64,000 nucleotides of DNA from Yuukianura sp. NJ FZ-2021 (lineage: Eukaryota), in the NCBI GenBank assembly GCA_046563655.1, contig CM102284.1, forward strand, positions 7,502,001 to 7,566,000, read 5' to 3'. The first letter of the stretch is position 1. Each line of letters opens with the position of its first letter. Below are positions 27,511 through 39,500 of this stretch, in pieces. The translations under genes were made by a program, and so were the position numbers. Below the pieces are notes generated by a model, which was not told where the DNA came from, did no database searches, and worked only from the letters and a program-made list of their open reading frames with translations.

Positions 27511-28059
27511 GTAATCAACCAAGGTTTAGTAATTGCTACTACACTTTTATAACAGATTTTGATACAAATTTAATCGTGACTTGCTTTAATTTAACTTCTC
27601 GCCCTACTGCAATGTCCTTATGTCTTTTTTGTAATGAAATGAAGTTGATAAGAAGAGTGGAGTAAAAATGTGAATTCAAGTCGGAATTTTAGCAAAGTTG
27701 AAAGTTGGCGCTACGAAAATCTGTCGCGTTTGTTCTACCACGGAGAAAAGTCCGCGACGAATATTCCGCGGATCGTGTAGTTTTTCGCAAAAATCTCCGA
27801 ATCCGCATGCTTGTTAAATTTAGAGGTCTGTGTGAAGATGGTAGAAATCTATTTATAGAAATAAGAGACTCCTCTGAGGTAACAGAATTTCAGGAGACAT
27901 AGCCAAAATGGGAAAGTTTTATCCCTCGTCACTAAATACTGAAGGTGGAGACTAAACTATTGAAACAAGAAACGTCTATCCGTAACATTCTAAGATTATC
28001 GATATTTTGGAAACCAATATAGACACAAGTTAACTATGAAACACAGTTTCATAAAACTG

Positions 28060-29243
28060 TCAAGCATAATAATATAGGAAAAACAAGTAGTCAGCAGGAT
28101 TTCGAGGTTTCGGACATGCCCAGCCGTTGTCACTGTAGTTTTCGATTCCAACAGGTTGATTGAAGAGATAGTTGTGGTCATAGTCATAGTAGTCGGACAA
28201 TAGAAAGGAGATGACGAATCTTAGGAACAAGTAGAGTAGGAGCACTCCAACGGAAACGATTACCACGGTCCTGGGAACGGGCGACAGAATTGGTTCGTAC
28301 TGATTGTGTTGAATGAATCCTTCCCAACCACCACCGTCAGACAGAATCCATTCTCCCATGATCTGTTCAACGATTAGTCCAAAAGTGTCGACAACTTCTG
28401 TGACCCCTTCAGTATATCCTGCTTCAACAGAATCCACGGCCAGGGCTCCACAAAGACCAAGTAGAGAGATGAATTTGCCCCAGTTGTTTTCAACGTCTCC
28501 GTCACTGTTTTCAAAGACGTATTTCGCAATGGTCACAACAACTGCTTTGGGTTTCATGTCGTCAGGAATTCTGATTCCAATCTGAAAAGATATTGTTAGA
28601 GTGGATTAAAATGAGTAATGGGTTAAAGTTAGCTGTGATTTCGAGATCTTACCTTGCTTACAACGGAATCATAGATTTCAGGGTACTTGGACCGGAGTTC
28701 GTTAACAACAAATTGTACTGGAGGATATAGGTAATCAGCGTCTGGTTTCGATAGAAGTTCAACGGCAGAACGGAGTCTTGGAGCGACGTTGGTGATCTGC
28801 TCCAAGTACTGCTTCTCTTTCAGTCGATCAATGACATGTCGCGATGCAAGTCCTCGAGCCTGTGGAAAACAAATTACATATTACAGGGCGCATCATCGAC
28901 AAAAACACTGGAGTTTCTCGGTTGTTGACGTCTGTTCAATTCAAATCTCAAATGAAAGTTAATAATTAACTTATTAATTATTAATAGACTACTTAGCTAA
29001 ACTTACTTCGTCACCAACTTTTCTGCATGCCGGACTTGGCGCTTCTAGAATTTCTCTGGCGTATGACCAACTTTCATGATCGTAGTAAAGTCTGGATATT
29101 TTGGCCAACGGTGTACTCCATTCCTCGTCAACTTCCTCCACTGCAAAGTTCATTTCCGTGTATCCATTATCAAAATGATGAGCACCATAACCAGAACCAC
29201 TTTCCATTTCATCGCAAATTAAGCTTTCACTAAACAAATGCAT
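28060..29243 (-). CDS. Divergent Bok/Debcl/Buffy-like Bcl-2 family protein, 309-321 aa
   Basis: Exons 29243 (or 29207)-29007, 28859-28653, 28581-28060, all phase 0. BH4-like EARGLASRHVIDRL, BH1 NWGKFISLLGLCGALAVD, BH2 WILSDGGGWEGF, TM TVVIVSVGVLLLYLFL. Confidence 0.85.
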
Positions 29244-30610
29244 GTTCAGGAAGCAATCTCAACGTCACTGTGAAACCAGTCGCCTTTCTTCAGAAATCCA
29301 TGACTCAGATCTAGGGAAAACAAAAACGAAATAAATTCAAATTCTGAACGGTGGTTTAGTATACTTGCACGAGATTTCTTGAATTATTCCAATTAATGTG
29401 TGAATTCACTAAAAACCTGCTGAGTAGTCAAAATCAAGGAGAGCAGCTTTAGTTTACTTACACAGTTTTAATTCAATCAACTTACTTTATCTTTACTATC
29501 CAAACTACTGTAAAGTCCACGCCAAGAAATTGACACTCCCCCCACACTAATTAAGATCACCACAAACTAATTAATTACTAATTAATTAGACTTTGCAAAT
29601 GAAATCAATGGTCCAAATTTTCCAAATTATTTTCCTGGTCAGCTGTGCCTTCCTGCCATATGAATGAATACATGAAGAGTTTTCCTTTTGCCATGTTTTC
29701 GTTGGCATACATGGGGAAAAAAGCGGGAACCTTTTTGCTTCGCATAATATACGGATAGCTCCAGACGAAATCCGGAGAGTGCACTTTTCTGTGTGGCTCC
29801 TCGTTCGGAATTAAATTATTTTTTACATGGCGTATGGGATATTACTTCCTGAAATTTCTAAAAACTCATTTTTCGTTAAATTATCGGAAAAAATAACCGG
29901 AAGAGTCAAATTATAAATAAATTCTGCAGAAATTATAATAGTTAAGATGCAATTAGTAACAATATTTTTGGTTTTGCATTGTGCATGAAAAGCTGTTTGA
30001 ATAAACCATTAAAACGACTGGTGAACCACAGTTTACTTGTAGCATTGTGGTTACTCAAATTTCTGATTACATAAGTATACCCAATCTGTCACGAGCGTTG
30101 ACCTTTTAGCCGTTAAATAATCAATGGTGACCCGTAGCAAATTTTTGAAACACAAGTCCAAGTCGGCATTTTCAATAACATTTTTTAATTCATCACAGAA
30201 TAAGTTGAGCAGTTTCAAAACTTTAAAGCAAGTGTCAGTTATGTAATCATGGTGGGCATTCAATTAGTTTTAGTGTACTCTTTCTAGACGACGCTTCACG
30301 CTCGTGCCTAAAGCCCAAAATTATCTAATTGCTTACATCCTTATTTGCTTCCTTATTTTTGTTAGCTCTCAGAAACTTTCCCCTTTGACATTTACAATCA
30401 CGATTAAAACGCTGACCTGCATGGATTTTTTAACTGATTCAGCAAACTGAGAAAGTAGGACATTCGGTCACATTCTCCAAAGCGTCCAGGCATGGACGCT
30501 TCAGAATTTCAAACTAAAATCAAAACAAGTACAAAATACAGAACTTCATGAACTTTTTCCTTCAAATTTTAAAATTGTTCCAAAGTAAATACTGATTTGT
30601 GCAAATTACG

Positions 30611-32292
30611 ATGGACGAGTGGAAGTGGACATGTCTTTTACTTTGTGGTTTTGGACTTTTGAAGGAACTGCGTCCATCCGAGCCCTTCGTCACGGCGTAC
30701 ATAATTGATTTTAAAGATGTCACGACGGAACAGGTGAAACACAAATTTTTTAAAACAAAACTTTCGAAAATACAAATTTCTGTTTCCGTTTGACCCATGA
30801 CCTCTAGGTTATTCACGACATTTTTCCGATCTCCACCTACACTATTCTTGGAATGATCATCGTTGTCTTGCTAGTCACAGATTTCTTACGATATCGTCCT
30901 GTTATTATTTTCCAAGCCACTTCCTACGTTCTAACTTGGATCTTTCTCATCTGGGGCCAAACTTTGCTTTCACTTCAGGTAAAGGTCAAAGTTCACAAAA
31001 TTTTGTTTTCAGATCATTTTATTTACTCTGTCTCTACCACGTTTCAGATTGTCCAAGTATTTTACGGAATAGCAATTTCTACGGATGTGGCGTACTACAC
31101 TTACATTTATGCAAAGGTCAACCGAGGTCAATACAAAAAAGTGACGAGTTATACCAGAACAGCAGCTCTCATTGGAAAATTCTTTTCTGGAACGCTGTCC
31201 CAGATTTTGATCTCTCTTGACCTCATGAACTTTCACCAACTGAATTACATTACTCTTTCATCTCTAAGCTCCGCCCTCCTCCTTTCTCTTTTCCTCCCAA
31301 AAGTTCAGAGGTCGATGTACTTTTATAACAGTGAAGATGACAGTACTCGGATCGAGAAAGATCTCAAAACAGCGGCGCTGGAAATCGCTGAATTCCGTTT
31401 ACCATCTCTTTCTAAAGAACAGGCTACGTTTTACCAAAAATTGAAAACTGCTTATCCTCTGCTGTGGTCCGATTTTAAAAAAGCGTATAGAAATCCATAC
31501 GTTCTGAGATGGTCCATTTGGTGGGCCATGGCGACTGCTGGAATGCTCCAAGCTCAAAATTACATCCAAGCGTTGTGGAAGGTCGTAGAGGTCAGCGATG
31601 CAAATGCTGGATCAACCCAGTATAACGGAGCTGTCAATGCTGTTCAGTGTCTCCTGAGTATGTTCGAAACTCTTAAACTTTGAAAACAATATTTCATAAT
31701 TTCGTATTTTCTAGGTGCTATTTTTTCGTTTGCTGTTGGTCACGTCCATGTCAGTTGGACCAAATGGGGTGAAATATTCCTCTGCTTTATTTCTCTACTT
31801 CAAGGATTCGTCTTCGTTTGGCTATCGCTGACCAATTCGGTGTCAACGGCCTACGCTACATACGTGACCTTTCGTGTTTTGTATCAAGTAGTCATTACCA
31901 TTGCCAAGTAAAGCACTACTTATCAATCTGTACTTCCAAAAACCTGAAATTGCAAAATGAATTTTGAGAAAGAATGCTAAATTTTGTGTTGATTACTAAT
32001 TTCTAGTGCGGAAGTTGCTCAAGGCATCAGTAAGGACAGTTGCGGTTTGATTTTTGGAATGAACACGTTTCTGGCCTTGGTCATCCAGTCACTCTTGACC
32101 TTGATTGTTAGTGACACTAGAGGATTGGCACTTGACGAGAGGTCACAGTTCATCGTCTATGGTGGATACTTTGCTGCTCTGGGTTGTATGTTCTTCTTGG
32201 CAGCAATTGTGTCATTTATACGATCTGCAACACACTCTGAGAAAGGTCAAATGTCACCAGAGCTTGGCGGCTTGACTTGTGCCGCAAACTAA
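30611..32292 (+). CDS. SLC19A-family (thiamine transporter / reduced folate carrier) transporter, multi-exon
   Basis: LCGFGLLKELRPSEPF, LVTDFLRYRPVII, AYYTYIY..YKKVTSYTR, WSIWWA, YNGAV, LIFGMNTFLALVIQSLLT..RGLAL..QF. Confidence 0.93.
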
Positions 32293-32459
32293 ATAATAAT
32301 CCCACCCAAATGTAAAGTTTCCCTTTTTAAAATTTCATCAAATTTTGAGAAAACTCTGTGGTTCATACATTTTTCAAGGAAAGCTCCAAATATTTTACTA
32401 GAATTTCAAATTTTAGATTTAGACTTTCAATTCTACATTTAATTTCAGAGCAAGCATTC

Positions 32460-34700
32460 AACCTGCATGAAAAAAAGATTTTTTCTTGCTCGATTTCTAT
32501 ACCTAAAATGCCTTGACTGAATTATTTTAAATTTCAATTGGCGTCGAAGTAAACGAATAAAAAATTTCCGATTTTCTTAATTAAACTTTTAGAAATTTTA
32601 AATTTGCAGCGATTTCTTTCAGTCAAGCGCTCAATTCGGCGTTCACAACTTTTTTGCACACAATTTCGACAATTTTCCATATAACTTGCCTATAAAATTT
32701 GCAAAATTTTGAAAAAGAATTATCTGAATTTCAAATTGGCTTTTTTAGTTTAAAAATATTCTTCAGATCATTTTAGTCTTCTGGAGACGCACGTCTACGA
32801 CGTGCTGAAGAAGACTATTGATACGACTTTGTCTGTCCGTCCGTCCGTCCGTAACGTTTTTTAGGACCCATTGCACTGAAACATAAGCCCCATCGCAGTC
32901 GGGGGGTTATCTATGCCTCGAGTGTTTTTAGTAGCTCTGCATTGCACTCAAAGTCGTACATTAACAACGTAGAAGTGGGCGGCTACTTTACGTACCCGCA
33001 GTATCGTGCCTCCGCAAAACAGTTTTGGTTTCGATTGCACTCAAAGTATTTATAAACAACGGAGTTTTGATCTGGTCATTTCCTGGCAGTATGTTTAGTT
33101 ACGTTGTTAAATTAAGTCTGACTAGACGGTAGAAAATCGGGCTTAAATTCGTAACATGTAAACAGTGCATGCCAGGGTTCCAATTTGCCTTTGCAAGAAA
33201 TTTTTATAATTTTGATTTTAAACAAACTATATTCGACTCTATTATTTATGCACTTGATTTAACACATGGTGCATGTATTTGAACCGATTTTGATTTTTAA
33301 AAAAGCTATATTCGACCCTGCCCCTCAACGTTCAATTTTGTGCATCATGCACAAAGCTCAATTTCGATATTATTTTGATACCGTTCGGTTTACGCTGTTT
33401 TCGCTAATAGTACAATGCCATGGCAACAGAAAATACATTATGTGCATCTTGCTCAACAAATTGAGAACATCAATTCAGTGAAAATATTTTGGGGCTCAAG
33501 CGACACCCTTCCTTCAACGTTAAATTTTGTGCATGTTGCACACTTATTGCACATGAATGTAAAATTATGCAGATATTGTGGCCCTCAAAACTGAAACATG
33601 ACTTTGGTGCAATTCAACTCATGCACAAAATAAGATCTCACATTCACACTGAAAACTTTTAGCTACGTTTCAGAGCATCAATTACATGAAAACGGTTTTT
33701 CAGTTCGTCCACAATTTTTCGGTAGGCCGGTCTCAATGTCGCGTCAATTGTCAACTTCCTCCAGAAGACCTATGCTCAACCCTTGAGCATTGCCCTACCT
33801 TGTTTAATTTATTCGCGAAGGAATTAGCAATTTATTGCATTCCGTTCGTGAGATATGAATTTGAAATTTTAGATTTTTAATATTCAATTTTACAATAAAT
33901 TTTTTGAGACAACCTTCACGCATCACGCCACATGAAAACCGATTTTATTCTTGCATGATTTCCACACCTTAAACACCATGACTGAAACATTTTAAATTTG
34001 AATTGGCGTCTAAACGAAAACGAATTTTCCCAATCTTCTTAATTAAAATTTTGGAAAATTTAATTTTGCAGCGATTTCTGTCACTCAAGCGCTCAATTCA
34101 ACATTCACAACTTTTTGGCACACAATTTTGAGCAATACTTTTCCATATAATCTGGCTTCAAAATTTGCAAAATTTCGAAATAGAATTATGTGAATTTTCG
34201 AATTGACTTTTTTAGACTAAAACCAATCTTCAGATCTTTCTCAGTTTATTCGCGAAGGAATTAGCAATTTATTGCATTCAGTTCCTGAGATATGAATGTT
34301 TAAAGTTTTTGAAATTTCAGAAATTAATTTTCCATTTAGTTGGTAGAGGCTCCTCGAAAAAGTGACGGGACCTATGCGGATATTAGGCGAAGCAGAAAGG
34401 CTCCTCTTCTTTCCTAAACTTTTTCCACCTCTCACCTTCCCATACAAAAAAGCACACAAGATCAAAAGACCTATCTCGCCTCTTCGCTTCGTATAATCCC
34501 CGATCTACTTCTCTCCTTTCCCAAAGGCCTCCCATGTAAAAGACTCTTCAAAAACTTTCAAAAATATAAAGCGCTATTCCGAATTTAGAAAATTCGAAAA
34601 ATTCAAACTTGCAGTTTCTTGTTTCTGTAACTCCATCGCTGGACTCAACGTGCAAAACAACTTTTCGCATCAATTAGTGCAACGTTTTTGCAAAAAAATA
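32460..34700 (+). repeat. Dispersed host repeat, copies 2 (about 32460-33880, split by a HINE) and 3 (about 33930-34700)
   Basis: aattggcgtc, ttgcagcgatttct..tcaagcgctcaattc, ttcacaactttt and aaatttgcaaaattt are shared between 32530-32770 and 33990-34240; tttattcgcgaaggaattagcaatttattgcattc at about 33807 and 34244. Confidence 0.8.
32771..33805 (+). mobile_element. Helentron-associated / DINE-1-like non-autonomous element
   Basis: 5' subterminal gtcttctggag (32776) inverts to ctccagaagac (33759-33769). 5' hairpin gcacgtc/gacgtgc. (GTCY)n at 32831-32852. 3' stem-loop atgctcaa-ccc-ttgagcat 33772-33790. Inserted in a T-run with no TSD. Confidence 0.8.
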
Positions 34701-34973
34701 TTTCAGCTACTATAACGTATCGGTATCGCCATAATTGTTGCAACATTTTCCATTTGAACCGTTTAGTTTCTCTAAAGAACCAAACGCGGTAATACTTTTT
34801 GCAAAATTTGATCATCTGTTTACAGTTTTCCAAAGAATCTTTAGTTTTCATTTCAACTTTTTGGCAAAAGACAAAAGAGTTAATTGAAGAGCTGTGGAAA
34901 AGTTTAGGATTGATTGTCAATTAAGTTAATTATCTAAAGTTGACTGATTACAGGGAAGCCTGAATTCAAGCAG

Positions 34974-35311
34974 ATGAAGCCGACGACGGGTTCTTCAGTA
35001 GTTGACGAGATGTTCCCGGAAGGTGGTGGTTTTATGGAAGATGAAGTACGTAAATTAAGAAACATTTAATTTACATTTAAGGCTAACATCAACCAGGATT
35101 AACGTTGGCTGCATTTCTTAGGGTGGCTGCGGTAGCGGTGGCGGAAACGTTCTCCCCTTGGTAGATTCTAATCGTGAAGGAATCCATGCAGATTTCAAGA
35201 ACGGTGAGTAGAAGGCAATGATTTAGTAATTTGCGAAACCCCTTTATTTCACATTAATCATATTAAATTCCAGACTTTGGTGACATTTTTGACGACGATG
35301 ACTTCGCCTAA
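34974..35311 (+). CDS. COPS9: COP9 signalosome subunit 9 (CSN9/MYEOV2), 63 aa
   Basis: Exons 34974-35045, 35122-35203, 35274-35311 give MKPTTGSSVVDEMFPEGGGFMEDE...IHADFKNDFGDIFDDDDFA, matching the VDEMFPEG and HADF.NDF.D.FDDDD family motifs. Absent from the ORF track. Confidence 0.95.
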
Positions 35312-36590
35312 AGTTTCGCAAACATCTTCGCACACTCGCAAACCAACGTAATGACGATCCATCTGATACATTCATCTGAGGTCGATTGTCCTTACCTTAT
35401 TAGATCAGCAGGTCAACTCGGTTCTGTTTCGGCATACTCATGTAAATCAATGTAATAAAACACTATCCCACCAACGATTTTTGGAAATCATGTGGAAAAG
35501 ATTTCATTTTTAATACTTTTATTTCCATTTCATATCTTTTAACAATCCGTTTGAACTGTACTTCGTTTCAGAACCGAATTATAGTCAACACCATTTCAAC
35601 AAAGATCGCTCATTTTTCAGGTCACTGACGACATTTCTAAACAAGACTCAACTGCTTTTCCTCACTGTAACTGTAAAGTATTGCCTAAAGCGGAAAAGTG
35701 ATTTGAACATTATTGACAGTTTACACTGATATCTTGAGATGCTAGTTAATTAACTAAATTATAACAGATTATAAGGTAAAATTGAGACTCGAAAAATGTA
35801 ACGCTGATGAAGAATTACAAATTAGAGAAAGGTGACGACGCATTGTCTTTTATACGCCTCCAGTTGCTTTTTAACTACATTAGGGATTACACTTTTAAGT
35901 ATTAATTTTAAATGCAAGTGAGAATTTATTACTTTAGTATACAGATGCACTCGTTTCCATCCAGAAATATCACAGATCTTTGTTTTCTTATTACCAAAAG
36001 GAGACAATTATTAGGTGCAAAGTGATGATGTAGAAGTGCAAAAAGTTATTATTATAATACAAAAGGAGTTGTTGGAAAAATTATTGTGAAAAAGAGGCTT
36101 ATTTCTTCAGCAGATCCAGTACACTTTCGAATCTCAGTGAAAAAAATAGCTTCCTTAACTTATTGCGTTTTCTTAAGTTTCAAAATTTCATAAGGTAAAG
36201 ATTACTTTTTACATGCTAGGTTTCTTTCCTCGCTAGATTCCTCACCCCTTCTTAACCCAACTCCAACTCCTAAATTTCAAATTTTCAATTCGAAACAGTA
36301 ATTCCAGGGAACTTGCAGACTTGAAACTCTCAGCTTTAAATCCTAAATTAAATTGGTCAAGAAACTGACTTACTTTAGTTTTACAAAAGGCAAAAAAGCA
36401 GTGAAACCCCTTTTAAATTATTGCTAGAACACAATTACTAAAGATGTGATTAAATAAGGAATGACTTCATGGTTTTGTGTCTCTTTTCGCCTCCATTTGA
36501 TTTCAATTCTACTTAAAACAGTAGAAAACCAAAGAAACCGAAGATACTTTTCGTTCATTACACCCCGAATAAACATGGTAAAGCTTCAGC

Positions 36591-39500
36591 TCAACCTCTG
36601 ACAGCGTCTACTTCTGCTTGGAGATTCTCAATTCCTTGAAGGATTCTCTTGATGTGACCTACTTTCGTGATGCCTGAAAATATTACGAAAAAGGACCGAT
36701 TGAAATTTAAGTTCAAGTTTCCATTTGCGCTGCTACAACAATTTCACCCCTCACTGAAATATTGTAAATTTTTGAATTACAATTTGACATTATTACCGAG
36801 TTCCTTCAAATCCCGTCGTTGCAGACAAATAAGCTCCGCCCCCTGAATGTCATGTCGAGCAAAATGGTATTTGTATTCTCCCATTTGCAAGTGATCTAGC
36901 CATTCTCCAACTTCACTCAACGTCCATTTCTCAACTTCTTTCGATTCTGCAAAACCAGAGAATTGTAGTAAAAAAAAATTCAAAAGTTTTCGTTTGAGAA
37001 AGTCACAAGTTTTACCTAGCGAATAATTTTCATCGCTGAACCCATCAGACCCGCCATCCGGTGTGACCTCATCAGTTTTCTTGGATGATTTCTTGTGTGA
37101 ATGCAGTTTGCCAAGAGAGAATAGCTTCTTGTGTCGTTTTTTGTCCAACTACGTGCATCCAAAAAGAAAACAAAATCCAATATTTTTTCCAATTTCATTC
37201 CAAGAACATTCTCCGCAATTTTTCTTTGAGTCTATTCACAGAACTCACATCTTCATTTTCAGTGGAAGTCGGAGAAATTCCACAATGTTGTTGGCGTTGT
37301 TTCTCTTCCCAGGTTCTTAGAGACGATTCCAAGGCCTAAAAATTATAAGATAGAGCAAAGTTTTAGAAAAATCCTTCTTATTTCAGTTTAGTTTTGTCCG
37401 ATATGTAATGTATAATTACCCGATTTCGACAAAGCATCTGCATTCTATTCTTGTGAACAATCTTAATCACTCCAGGCGGTTGAAGCCATGCTTCTCCATC
37501 CACTTGCACAGGAATCGGATCATCTCCCATCAGCGTAATTTTTATACTATGACACTGCGCAATTCGATGATGCTGGAGATTGATGAGTCTCGAGGCTGCC
37601 ATTTGCATTGAGTCAAACACAGCTACAACTTCAAGGATTCGCTGAAAATCAAAAGTATTTCCTTGCAAACCATAATATTTATAAAGTATTTAGTAGATTG
37701 TATTGCCTTACGTCATCAAAAGAAGGTGCAAGGAAACAGTCATCCTCTTTCGTTCCACCCCAAAAATTGGTCCCACCCATAAAGCTGAAACAGAAAAATT
37801 AACTTTGTTTTTATCTATCATCTAATTAATCAATTCTGACATTTTTAATTCCCTTCGAGCTAAAATTACCTTTGAATGTTGAGTATCACAATTCCTTGGA
37901 GACTCGGCAAAGGAATTCGTTTTCCATCACATTCCAGTTGAACTTTTTGTTCTAAATTTTTGCACGTTTGTTGAACATATTCTTTGCTTCCAAGCACTCC
38001 ATACCACATGAAATTCTTAGTTCGACTTCTACATTTTTCTGGATGTTCTTCTCGTTTCAAATGAAAATCTGTAACAAAAATTACCAAAATGAGCAAGATT
38101 CCACTTTGAGATTGAACAATCTGCGCACAATGAATCTTTGAATCTTACCTAGAGTGATCTTCGCATCAATCCCAATTCCAAAATAGTTGTTCAAAACACA
38201 CTTTTCGTTGAATCCAATCATGAGATCATCTTCTAGGGGGTCCATTAGCGGAGATGCAATTGCGCAAACACTGTCAGCGTTAGCCAACAGCACTTTACTG
38301 ACGATTCCACCTGAACCAACTGCAGGCCACGATGGATGTGACACCAACGGGTTGACAATTGGTAGAGTTTTCTTTTGTGACCGATTTGGGCTATGAGTTG
38401 ACGGCGAATGGCTGTCCAGAAGATCAAAAAACGAATGCTTTCCATGCGGGCTTTTTGGAATTTCTACTTCCAGTGGTTTGAAAAGTGATCCCATTGAAAC
38501 TCTTCTAGAAGCTCGAGGACTCGCTCCAAAATTTTCTGGCGAGGTAGTTCCAGTGTTTGGCGGTGTTTGTCCAGGAGATCCACTGCTAAACGAATTCGGA
38601 CTTCCTGGAACTGTCAGCAAATTAGAAGAACTCGGCGGTGACAGTGAGGCTCTTTCGTAACCTTCTTCGGTATTACTCGATGAAAAGTCGGCTTCAATCA
38701 ATTCTGATTCTGGCGTTTTAGTTGCCGTTGAACTTGATGGACTCTCTACTTCAATTGTTGGAAAGGGAGTTAGCCGTTCTGCTTCATACTCCACCAAATC
38801 CTTCTCTGACTGACGATGATCTTTTTGTACTTTGGTTTCAATTCCATCTGCACTTGTGTTTGACGCTCTTCGTTGGAGATCAGCAAATTCCATTGGAACT
38901 GGAAGTGTCATGTTCGGATCAATTGGGCTCATCACTTCAGGCGGATCAATTAGCGAATCCAATTTGCTTAGATTCTGTTCTAGAGATTCTTTTTCTGATT
39001 CCAATTGAGACACGACGAGTGACATTGGGCGAACAATGACAACGGGTGGAGAGGAAGTGGTTTCATCAATAGCTTTTTCCGCATGCTCAATGATTTGACG
39101 AACAGCCTTTTTGAGACTATTGGCCCGCAGCATCAACGTATCCCGTTGTCGGAATCGATTTAACTTTTTTAGTGACGGTGGCAGAGAAGTAATTGCTCCA
39201 ACGTCCTGGCTCTATTACACAAAAACAAAAAATCAATATAAAGAATGAATTCGGATAAAATGTCGTTCATTTTGTTTAAATTGTATTGAATTTCTGGTCG
39301 TCACGACATGACCAACCCGAGATCAACTTACATCTTTAGGTTCCTCGTCCGCTTCTTCCGCTGCTGCTGTTGCTAATGCATAGCTCTCATTATCCGTCTC
39401 TTCATGGAGTGTTTGAAGTAACGAATCTAATTTCTGGCTCAAGGTTGCACATTTTGAATCTATCTCGCTGTCCTCACTGTTAGCCCCCAGTTTTCCAATC

